Below, piece by piece: positions 1-5,792 of a stretch of 10,213 nt of DNA (position 1 is its first letter; every line of letters starts with the position of its first letter). The translations under genes were made by a program, and so were the position numbers. Below the pieces are notes generated by a model, which saw only the letters and a list, made by a program, of their open reading frames with translations, ran no database searches and was not told the origin of the DNA. Source of the DNA: Elusimicrobiota bacterium (GTDB taxonomy: Bacteria > CG03); contig JAGHAK010000089.1 in assembly GCA_021161565.1 (NCBI GenBank), forward strand, positions 1-10,213. Reading direction: 5' to 3'.

Positions 1-65
1 AAATAATCTACTCTCTCCTTAACCTCTCCCTATCAAGGGAAAGGTTTGTATTTTGTCGCGTAGTT

Positions 66-103
66 CCCCCACCAGAACCTTGGTGGGAGTACATTTTTTT
101 CTG
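66..103 (+). terminator. Terminator-like hairpin on the + strand: CCCACCA-gaacct-TGGTGGG, then agtaca, then T7. It could end a convergent + strand gene that lies outside the window.
   Basis: 7-bp GC-rich stem at 70-89 with a 6-nt loop and a T7 run at 96-102. The 6-nt gap before the T-tract is not ideal. No + strand gene is visible in the window. Confidence 0.3.
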
Positions 104-201
104 ATGATTTTTCTGTTTCAACTTTATATAATTTTCCAGCTGAGTAGATTTATTCCTTGCCTGATTCCCGCTCAAAATAGGTTCAAGCAAGGTTTCATCA
201 A

Positions 202-275
202 TCGGGGTGGGCGGGCTCGAACCGCCGACCCCCAGACCCCCAGTCTGGTGCCCTATCCATCTGGGCCACACCCCG
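202..275 (-). tRNA. tRNA-Pro, anticodon GGG, 74 nt, CCA not encoded.
   Basis: Reverse complement of 202-275 reads CGGGGTG-TG-GCCC-AGATGGATA-GGGC-A-CCAGA-CTGGGGG-TCTGG-GGGTC-GGCGG-TTCGAGC-CCGCC-CACCCCG-A. It has a 7-bp acceptor stem, a 4-bp D stem with GG in the loop, and a 5-bp anticodon stem. The anticodon loop is C-U-GGG-G-G. The T arm has the TTCGAGC loop. C1:G72 with A73 is typical of bacterial tRNA-Pro. Confidence 0.9.
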
Positions 276-326
276 ATATCATACTCGATATCGCTTATCA
301 ATAGGCGACATCCAACTCAATAAGGG

Positions 327-462
327 GTTCAAAGCCAACTGCTTGGCTTTGAACGGGCATTTTAGCGAGCCCTCTGCGGCGAGCGTTAAAAATGCCCCGG
401 ACGGAACCCAGGGCGCTCACTGCCTCGCCTGCCTTGCTTCCTCGAAAGGGAAGCAGGACGAG
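327..462 (-). ncRNA. Unclassified structured element between the MerR gene and tRNA-Pro. Three consecutive long hairpins. It is a candidate sRNA, processed spacer or terminator cluster.
   Basis: Hairpin 1 is GTTCAAAGCCAA-ctgc-TTGGCTTTGAAC at 327-354, a perfect 12-bp stem. Hairpin 2 is GGGCATTTT...AAAATGCCC at 355-398, a 9-bp outer stem enclosing an inner GC-rich region. Hairpin 3 is CCTTGCTTCC-tcgaaag-GGAAGCAGG at 432-457, extended by CTCG/CGAG to 424-462. The strand is assigned only because the flanking genes are on the minus strand. I found no match to the tRNA, SRP, RNase P or tmRNA signatures I could test by eye. Confidence 0.3.
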
Positions 463-519
463 ATACCATAATCCGAAACAATAAATACAAAAAATAATGA
501 TTGTTTTCAATACACGCTG

Positions 520-870
520 CTATTTCGAAAGCGTTTTAAAAATCGAAGAAAGTTCTTTCTTCACTTCCTTCAGCAATTCGATTGCAGCGGGATTCTGTTC
601 GATGGGAAGAGGCATCTGAGGACTCTGCTTTTTTTTTCTGACCAATTCCTTTTTCGCGCCGGCGATCGTGAATTTTTTCTTGTAAAGAAGGTCCTTTATA
701 TCCACAATGATGTGTATGTGCTGGGCTGTGTATCTTCTCTGCCCCGACTCTCTTCTTATGGGACGCAAAATCTGAAACTCCTTCTCCCAGTAGCGAAGCA
801 CATACGGCGGAACTTTCGTCAGGTCACTTGCCTCTTTAATCGTAAAATACTTTTTTCCGGGAATATACAC
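520..870 (-). CDS. MerR-family HTH transcriptional regulator, short form of about 116 aa.
   Basis: The N-terminal helix-turn-helix ...KKYFTIKEASDLTKVPPYVLRYWEKEFQILRPIRRESGQRRYTAQHIHIIVDIKDLL... fits the MerR HTH with wing and the start of the dimerisation helix. The track ORF 520..888 starts at TTG. I prefer GTG at 868-870 because it follows AAGGAG with a 6-nt spacer. The coding region contains an A9 tract on the coding strand (629-637 in + coordinates). Confidence 0.7.
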   Translation of the reverse strand: MYIPGKKYFTIKEASDLTKVPPYVLRYWEKEFQILRPIRRESGQRRYTAQHIHIIVDIKDLLYKKKFTIAGAKKELVRKKKQSPQMPLPIEQNPAAIELLKEVKKELSSIFKTLSK

Positions 871-935
871 ATCCGTCTCCTTAATCAATATCCAGTTTTC
901 TTCTGTCGCCTTTCCGTCTGTTGCCTGGCCGGCGG

Positions 936-958
936 CTTAAAATGCGGCGATTTTTAAG
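936..958. promoter_or_regulatory. Inverted repeat CTTAAAA-N9-TTTTAAG lying 66-88 nt upstream of the MerR start. Candidate operator or promoter element.
   Basis: Perfect 7-bp AT-rich inverted repeat 936-942 / 952-958, flanked by GC-rich sequence (GGCCGGCGGC ... AGGCCCGCGGCGG). It sits in the 250-nt gap between HU and the MerR gene. MerR-type regulators typically bind dyads at their own promoters. No clean -35/-10 could be assigned. Confidence 0.25.
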
Positions 959-1140
959 AGGCCCGCGGCGGTCTCCCTTTCGCCGGTCAGATGACCTCTC
1001 TTAAAAAGGGACTTCGCACTTCCAGCAATCAGCCGAAGTTATCGGACGAGACGCGCCTCCGTAAACGCAGACGGTTCCCTTGAATTTTCTGTAAATGCAT
1101 GGACCTGGGAATTTTTTTTCGGCAGTCATATTGTCCTCCA

Positions 1141-1404
1141 TTATTTCTCGAAAATCTTCGGGGAAGGTGTAAATTTCACCACATTGCGCGGCGGAACATA
1201 GACCTTTTCTCCCGTTTTTGGGTTTCTCGCTTCGTACGGTTTTTTCAGACGCACATGAAAAGAACCAAAATTCTGTATCACGACTTTTTCCTTGCGCCTT
1301 ATGGCGCTTACAATCTCCTCGAAAACTTTGTTCACCGCGTCCTTCGCCTCCGTCTTCGCGCAGGTTACGGAACTCACCGCCTCTATCAAATCAATCTTGT
1401 TCAT
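1141..1404 (-). CDS. hup: HU/IHF-family nucleoid DNA-binding protein, 87 aa.
   Basis: MNKIDLIEAVSS...AKDAVNKVFEEIVSAIRRKEKVVIQNFGSFHVRLKKPYEARNPKTGEKVYVPPRNVVKFTPSPK matches the HU fold signature (...GFGxFxV..R.ARNPxTGE...P....V.F..g..). Its ATG at 1404-1402 overlaps the gpsA TGA at 1403-1401 (ATGA). Confidence 0.85.
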   Translation of the reverse strand: MNKIDLIEAVSSVTCAKTEAKDAVNKVFEEIVSAIRRKEKVVIQNFGSFHVRLKKPYEARNPKTGEKVYVPPRNVVKFTPSPKIFEK

Positions 1405-2396
1405 CCTTCCTCCTCGCTCTTTACGGGTCTTTTCATCAGATTCGATATCGCCCTTTTTGGGGAAAGACCCCTGTATAAAATGCCGTAAACCTCGCAGGTT
1501 ATCGGCGCTGAAATCTTCTTTTTCCCTATCAATTTTTTTACAGCCTTCACGGTTTCGGCTCCTTCCGTAAGAGTTTTCACTTTCTTTCTCGCCTGATTCA
1601 GTTTAAGACCCCGGCCTATTTCCTCGCCGAGATTTCTGTTTCTGCTGTAGTTCGAAAAGCAGGTTACCATCAAATCGCCAATGCCCGCAAGCCCGCTGAA
1701 GGTTTCTCTTTTTCCGCCGAGAGCAACGCCTATTCTGGTTATCTCGGCAAGTCCCCTCGTCACAAGAGCCGCCTTTGCGTTTATGCCGAGGCCGAGCCCG
1801 TCGCAGATTCCTGCGGCGATGGCTATCACATTTTTAAGCGCGCCAGCTGCGGCGACTCCGCGAATATCTCTTCGCACATAGGGCCTGAAAAAAGGGAAAT
1901 GAAAAAGTTTCTGAACGCGCACGGCAAGTTTTTTCTCGCCGGCTATCACGACAGTCGTGGGATGTTTCAGGCAAACCTCCTCGGCATGGGAAGGACCCGA
2001 AAGAACCGCAACAGGATGACTTTTTCCGAGAACTTCCATGCAGACAGAATCAAGCGTTTTAAGAGTGCTAATTTCGATTCCCTTGCTCAGAACAAGAACG
2101 GGAATTTCCCCGCTCTTTACTCTATCCCTCAACCTTTTCAAAACTGCGCGGAAACTCTGGGCGGGGACCGCCGCAAGAATCAAATCAGCGGGAAAAACTT
2201 TTTCCAAATCATTTGTTATCCCCACTTTCTTTTCCAGTTTCAGATAGGGGAAAAAACGCGGATGCCTCTTCTTTTTAAGATATTCGCTTCTTGCCCTGTC
2301 CCATTCCCACAGGGTGATGTCAGCCCTGCCGCTCAGCAAATCGGCAACAGCGGCGCCCCAGCAGCCTCCGCCAAGAATTGTTATTTTTCCGAACAT
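1401..2396 (-). CDS. gpsA: NAD(P)H-dependent glycerol-3-phosphate dehydrogenase, 331 aa.
   Basis: The track ORF 1401..2645 is over-extended upstream into palindromic intergenic sequence. The true start is the internal Met of MFGKITILGGGCWGAAVA..., which carries the Rossmann GxGxxG; ATG at 2396-2394. Downstream the GpsA core is conserved: ...LSKGIE..T..L.S.V..EVLG...PVAVLSGPSHAEEV....PTTVVIA... and NVIAIAAGICDGLGLGINAKAALVTRGLAEITRIG. Confidence 0.9.
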   Translation of the reverse strand: MFGKITILGGGCWGAAVADLLSGRADITLWEWDRARSEYLKKKRHPRFFPYLKLEKKVGITNDLEKVFPADLILAAVPAQSFRAVLKRLRDRVKSGEIPVLVLSKGIEISTLKTLDSVCMEVLGKSHPVAVLSGPSHAEEVCLKHPTTVVIAGEKKLAVRVQKLFHFPFFRPYVRRDIRGVAAAGALKNVIAIAAGICDGLGLGINAKAALVTRGLAEITRIGVALGGKRETFSGLAGIGDLMVTCFSNYSRNRNLGEEIGRGLKLNQARKKVKTLTEGAETVKAVKKLIGKKKISAPITCEVYGILYRGLSPKRAISNLMKRPVKSEEEG

Positions 2397-2437
2397 AGAC
2401 AATTTTCTTGATATTTTACCCGCCTTCGCAGAGCCTA

Positions 2438-2607
2438 CTTCGCCGTAGTAGCCTACGGCTACGAAGGCTGAAAAGCCACCCCGATTCACCGGGGTGGATG
2501 AATGCGAAAAGGGTAACCCTCCGTAGCCTTGGCGAAAGCGGGTATGCTTCGGCGGGTTCCGCCGAAGAATGTGGAGGTGCCACGGCTGTGAAGCCGTGGG
2601 GCTCCAC
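2438..2607. repeat. Cluster of four perfect GC-rich palindromic hairpins in the 266-nt gap between the SPFH gene and gpsA. The 9-bp and 8+6-bp stems (2547-2607) sit inside the conserved-looking element, so the structured core is about 130-170 nt.
   Basis: H1 at 2438-2466: CCGTAG-tagc-CTACGG inside CTTCG..CGAAG. H2 at 2476-2497: CCACCCCG-attcac-CGGGGTGG. H3 at 2547-2567: CTTCGGCGG-gtt-CCGCCGAAG, 9 bp. H4 at 2571-2607: GTGGAG..(CCACGGCT-gtga-AGCCGTGG)..CTCCAC, nested 8+6 bp. Also several GAAA-type loops (GCGAAAAGGG, GGCGAAAGCGGG). No GU pairs or mismatches in the stems. Confidence 0.5.
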
Positions 2608-2662
2608 TTTAATGTCAAAAACTGACTGGCAATCCCGCATTCCAAAATTAAATGCTGCGTCT

Positions 2663-3394
2663 TTAATCTTTTTTCATAAACGCTTTCAATAAATCAATTG
2701 GAACGGGAAAAACCGTAATCGAATTATTTTCCGTGGCTATTTCGGCGAGCGTCTGGAGATACCTCAGCTGAACCGCAGCCGGTTCCTGCGCCATAACTTT
2801 CGCCGCGGCTGTCAGTTTTTCGGACGCCTGATATTCGCCTTCGGCGTGGATGATTTTTGCTCTTCTGTCTCTCTCGGCTTCAGCCTGACGGGCAATCGCT
2901 CTCTGCATATCAGCCGGAAGCTGGACATCCTTAACCTCAACTCTCGAAACCTTCACGCCCCAGGGGTCGGTGGCAAGGTCTATAATCTTTTGAAGTTCCG
3001 TGTTTATTTTTTCTCTCTGCGAAAGCAGTTCGTCCAGTTCCGACTGTCCCAGAATCGAACGAAGAGTCGTCTGCGAAATTTGGGAAGTCGCCATCATAAA
3101 ATCCTCGACTTCGACCACCGCTTTTTCCGGATTCATCACTCTGAAATAACAGACCGCGTTGACTTTCACAGGGACATTGTCTTTCGTTATAACTTCCTGA
3201 ACGGGCACATCGAGGGTTATAATCCTCAAATCAATTTTCACCATCTTCTCGATAACGGGAATGATAAAAAAAAGCCCCGGACCCCGCGCTCCTACCAGAC
3301 GCCCAAGGCGGAAAATCACGCCCCTCTCGTACTCTTTCACAATCCTGACCGCGTTGATTAAAACAATCAGCGCAATAATTAACAAAATTGTCAT
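2663..3394 (-). CDS. SPFH/band-7 domain protein (stomatin/prohibitin-like, QmcA/YbbK type), 243 aa.
   Basis: N-terminal TM helix [16 protein letters not shown], then [15 protein letters not shown]... and the SPFH core, then a C-terminal coiled-coil ([32 protein letters not shown]). ATG at 3394 is preceded by GGGAGG with a 4-nt spacer. Confidence 0.85.
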   Translation of the reverse strand: MTILLIIALIVLINAVRIVKEYERGVIFRLGRLVGARGPGLFFIIPVIEKMVKIDLRIITLDVPVQEVITKDNVPVKVNAVCYFRVMNPEKAVVEVEDFMMATSQISQTTLRSILGQSELDELLSQREKINTELQKIIDLATDPWGVKVSRVEVKDVQLPADMQRAIARQAEAERDRRAKIIHAEGEYQASEKLTAAAKVMAQEPAAVQLRYLQTLAEIATENNSITVFPVPIDLLKAFMKKD

Positions 3395-3406
3395 ACTGCC
3401 TCCCTT

Positions 3407-4807
3407 TTATCCCATATCCGATTTTCTCTGAATCTTCACGCGGAGAGTCGCGGGAAATCTCGCCTTCAAAATTCCCTCCGCCTTCTTCGCCGCTTTTATC
3501 GCCCTCGCCTTCACAACAGGGTCAAAATCCTCGATGAGAACTTCGAGGTAATTCATCACCGACAAATCGGCTATTTCGCCGCAAGCCCACGCCGCGGAAA
3601 GACGGTCCCATTTGTTTTCCGACTGAGTCATATCCTTGACCGCGACCTGCGCGGCTTCGGGATCGAATTTGAACATTTCCACGGCCGCTGTCGCTCTGAC
3701 GCGGTTGTTCTTGTCGTTCAGAAAAGGCGCGATGAGACGAGCCGCAATCGAGGGATTGTTCACCGTATTCGCCATTGCCACGACACTTTTAGCCCGAACC
3801 CTGTTTGTTGTGGAAAGGTCTGTTATAACGCTTCTCATCTTCGGTTCTTCAAATTCCACCGTTTCGGTCTCCTGCGACGTAGCCGTTTTCATATTTTGCA
3901 CGACCTTTATCAGGTTTTCCGTCTGTTTCAGCAAATTTTCCTCTAACGGCTTGCTTTTGGTCTGACTCATCTGCTTAAGCAGTTGTTCGTTCAGTTTTTT
4001 CAGTTCCTCGAGTTGCGGGGAGGAATCCGCCTTCTTTGAAATATCCCTGACAAGTTCGGTGATAGAATCATTGCTTTCGGCAAGCCCGCGCCGCAGTCTC
4101 AGCGTTATGTTTGCCACCGTCTTCGAGGCTATCAAATAACTCGCCGCAATAACCGCGAGTGTGGCAATCGTGAAAATAATCAGCCAGCGGGTGGCAATCA
4201 TGCTTGTCTGCTGTCTGAGAACTTCTATTTCCTCTTTCCTGGCAAGGTTTTCCTTTTTTGTCTTTTCGAGTTCCTCCCGCAGTTTTTTCTCGCGCTCTTC
4301 GCGAATCTTCTTCTCCGCTGCGAGTTTCTCCTCGTATTCCTTTTTCAGTTTTTCTCTGGCAAGTTCTTCCTCCCTTTTCCTTTTCTCGGAATAAGCCCGT
4401 CTTTTCTGCGCCTCTATTTTCGCGGCATCGCGCTTCTCGATAGCTTTCTTTATCGTCTCTTTTGTCATCAGCGCTTCCTTCAGTTTCGGCGTGTATTTCA
4501 GCGCCTCGTCGGCGTATTTCAGCGCCTCGTCGAGTTTTCCTTTTACTTTCAGTTCCTTAGCGTAGGAAGTTTCGGCTCTGCCGAGAAGACCCACCGCGCG
4601 GAGATTTCCGGGATCGGCTTTCAAAACTTTTTTCAAATCGGCAATCGCGCCAGGCCAGTCTTTTTCGAGATATTTTTCCGCCGCCTGGTCAAAAAGTTTT
4701 TCCACTTCCGGCGGCTGGGCGAAAATAATAGAAAAACGAAAAACGAAAAACGAAAAAAGGGAAACTGCCGCCACAGAACGAAAAAATCTCAAATTTTTAT
4801 TTTCCAT
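3407..4807 (-). CDS. Multi-domain membrane protein of 466 aa. Order of domains: signal peptide or signal anchor, TPR repeats, an E/K-rich helix of about 70 aa, one TM helix, a coiled-coil region, then HEAT-like repeats.
   Basis: N-terminus MENKNLRFFRSVAAVSLFSFFVFRFSIIFAQPP, with an AxA-like end. TPR-like DWPGAIADLKKVLKADPGNLRAVGLLGRAETSYAKELKVKGKLDEALKYADEALKY. Charged tract KRKREEELAREKLKKEYEEKLAAEKKIREEREKKLREELEKTKKENLARKEEIE. TM helix WLIIFTIATLAVIAASYLIA. C-terminal HEAT/PBS-lyase-like repeats (NRVRAKSVVAMANTVN.. / DKNNRVRATAAVEMFKF.. / NKWDRLSAAWACGEIAD.. / DPVVKARAIKAAKKA). ATG at 4807 is preceded by GGAGG with a 3-nt spacer. It ends 12 nt before the SPFH start. Confidence 0.8.
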   Translation of the reverse strand: MENKNLRFFRSVAAVSLFSFFVFRFSIIFAQPPEVEKLFDQAAEKYLEKDWPGAIADLKKVLKADPGNLRAVGLLGRAETSYAKELKVKGKLDEALKYADEALKYTPKLKEALMTKETIKKAIEKRDAAKIEAQKRRAYSEKRKREEELAREKLKKEYEEKLAAEKKIREEREKKLREELEKTKKENLARKEEIEVLRQQTSMIATRWLIIFTIATLAVIAASYLIASKTVANITLRLRRGLAESNDSITELVRDISKKADSSPQLEELKKLNEQLLKQMSQTKSKPLEENLLKQTENLIKVVQNMKTATSQETETVEFEEPKMRSVITDLSTTNRVRAKSVVAMANTVNNPSIAARLIAPFLNDKNNRVRATAAVEMFKFDPEAAQVAVKDMTQSENKWDRLSAAWACGEIADLSVMNYLEVLIEDFDPVVKARAIKAAKKAEGILKARFPATLRVKIQRKSDMG

Positions 4808-5076
4808 TTTCCTCCGGTCCTTGCGATTTTTATTCCTTCCGATTTTAGCAATTTTATTTTTTTTGCGACACCCCTTGAATAACCGCCTACCGTGCCGTCT
4901 TTTTTCACGACCCTGTGACAGGGAACGACAACCGGCTTTTTATTCCCGTTAAGAATTCTGCCAACCGCCCTCGCTGCGCGGGGATTTCCGGCACGGCGGG
5001 CGAGTTCGGAATAACTGACAACCTCACCGCGGGGAATTTTCGAAACCTCGTCGAGAACTTTCCGCGAAAAACCCAT
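4789..5076 (-). CDS. Small MGMT-family protein of 95 aa (O6-alkylguanine-DNA alkyltransferase C-terminal DNA-binding domain only, YbaZ-like).
   Basis: Carries the PF01035-type signature ...VVSYSELARRAGNPRAARAVGRILNGNKKPVVVPCHRVVKKDGTVGGYSRG...KIKLLKSEG with the PCHRV active-site cysteine motif. There is no N-terminal Ada/Ogt domain. ATG at 5076 overlaps the upstream gene's TGA (TGATG). The 3' end overlaps the next gene by 19 nt. Confidence 0.75.
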   Translation of the reverse strand: MGFSRKVLDEVSKIPRGEVVSYSELARRAGNPRAARAVGRILNGNKKPVVVPCHRVVKKDGTVGGYSRGVAKKIKLLKSEGIKIARTGGKWKIKI

Positions 5077-5792
5077 CAGAGCCCGAAAAATCCGTTAATC
5101 ATAGAAACGCCAATTCCCACGACCGAGGCGAAAACAAGGGACATAATTCCCCTGTAAAGCGGCTGGTTTTTCAGCCCCGAAAGCCTGATGAGGAAAAGAA
5201 CAGGAATAAACCAGATGAAATAACTTCCCTCCATTATAAAAAACACGGTAATAATTCTCTCTATAACGCCGTAACTGCGCTCGAATCTGTTCAGGGTTTC
5301 GGGTTCGACTCCGTACAGACTTTTATCGAGATAGAAAAGCAGAATCACCCCGCCCCATCCGGCGAGAATCGCCGCGGAAATCGTGTTTATTACCCCTGAA
5401 TCGTTGTAAATCATAAGAAAGTCCGACGGGAAAATGCTTCCGTAATAGGAATAATTTTTCGCGAAAGGAAAAAGCAGAGCGGCAAAAATATAGAGATAAT
5501 GCAAAATCTGGTCGGCGGCAAAAAACAAAATTTTATCGTCTTCCGGCCGTTTCCAGAGCTTTATCTTTCCCCAGTCCTGAAAAGAGTGCAAAAAAAGAAG
5601 AATCGCAACATAAAGCCAGAACGAAAACTGCTTCAGGTCGCCAAGAAAAAGAAATATAACGACAATGACATGAATCAAACTGTGAACAAAACAGCCCCAG
5701 AAACCCTTCTTTTTTAATCTGAAGATAAAATCGAACTGGAGCGGAAAATCCGCTATAAAATGAGCCAGAAAAAGGCGTATTACAGAGTCCAT
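5076..5792 (-). CDS. Polytopic integral membrane protein of 238 aa, about 6 TM helices. N-terminal HFIADFPLQ motif, possibly DUF3307-like.
   Basis: Strongly hydrophobic segments (FWGCFVHSLIHVIVVIFLFLG, FWLYVAILLFLHSF, LHYLYIFAALLFPF, ISAAILAGWGGVILLFYL, IITVFFIMEGSYFIWFIPVLFLI, IMSLVFASVVGIGVSMINGFFGL). The 5' end overlaps the cNMP/GAF gene by 13 nt. The family assignment is from memory and tentative. Confidence 0.65.
   Translation of the reverse strand: MDSVIRLFLAHFIADFPLQFDFIFRLKKKGFWGCFVHSLIHVIVVIFLFLGDLKQFSFWLYVAILLFLHSFQDWGKIKLWKRPEDDKILFFAADQILHYLYIFAALLFPFAKNYSYYGSIFPSDFLMIYNDSGVINTISAAILAGWGGVILLFYLDKSLYGVEPETLNRFERSYGVIERIITVFFIMEGSYFIWFIPVLFLIRLSGLKNQPLYRGIMSLVFASVVGIGVSMINGFFGL

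Noticed and set aside
276-300. Dedicated promoter for tRNA-Pro: a TATGAT hexamer lies 3 nt upstream of the mature 5' end on the minus strand.
   Set aside because: The hexamer is too close to the tRNA 5' end for a normal -10 to +1 distance, and no -35 lies at 16-18 nt spacing. The tRNA is more likely processed from a longer transcript.
327-354. Second tRNA or tRNA-like element next to tRNA-Pro, because of GTTCAAA sequence.
   Set aside because: The GTTCAAA is one arm of a perfect 12-bp hairpin. No cloverleaf can be drawn around it.
424-462. Possible SRP (4.5S/ffs) RNA, because of a GAAA-type loop followed by GGAAGCAG, the 8-mer conserved in SRP domain IV.
   Set aside because: In SRP RNA this 8-mer forms non-canonical internal loops opposite a conserved (C)AGG-containing 5' strand. 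Here it is fully Watson-Crick paired with CCTTGCTTCC and the 5' strand lacks the conserved motif. The overall architecture, three separate hairpins, is also wrong.
298-510. 70-aa minus-strand ORF (MKTIIIFCIYCFGLWYL...) covering the three-hairpin element.
   Set aside because: It begins at a TTG with no SD and spans the perfect hairpins. It is more parsimonious as non-coding structure.
1899-2411. 170-aa + strand ORF, together with similar + strand ORFs at 2846..3361, 7282..7845, 8063..9004, 3636..3965, 1099..1488 and 1292..1570.
   Set aside because: All are antisense to well-supported minus-strand genes (gpsA, SPFH, PilT-1, PilT-2, TPR/HEAT, HU). Their translations are Arg/Ser/Pro-rich with no recognisable motifs. 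This is typical of shadow ORFs in GC-rich coding DNA.
2416-2640. 74-aa minus-strand ORF (MRDCQSVFDIKVEPHG...) inside the gpsA upstream spacer.
   Set aside because: It lies entirely across the four GC palindromes and has no SD. Its Arg/Pro/Ser-rich low-complexity translation is what translating palindromic GC-rich DNA produces. The region is better explained as structured non-coding sequence.
2397-2662. Riboswitch identity for the gpsA upstream structure (c-di-GMP-I/GEMM, fluoride, glycine, SAM-I, TPP, cobalamin).
   Set aside because: The hallmark consensus strings I could recall are absent on both strands (ACGCAAAGCC / GGGCAAACC, GGCGATGG...AACCGCC, CTGAGA...ACCTGATCTGGATAATGCCAGCGTAGGGAA, the GCCACTG B12 box in context). 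gpsA is also not a typical riboswitch target. It is left unclassified.
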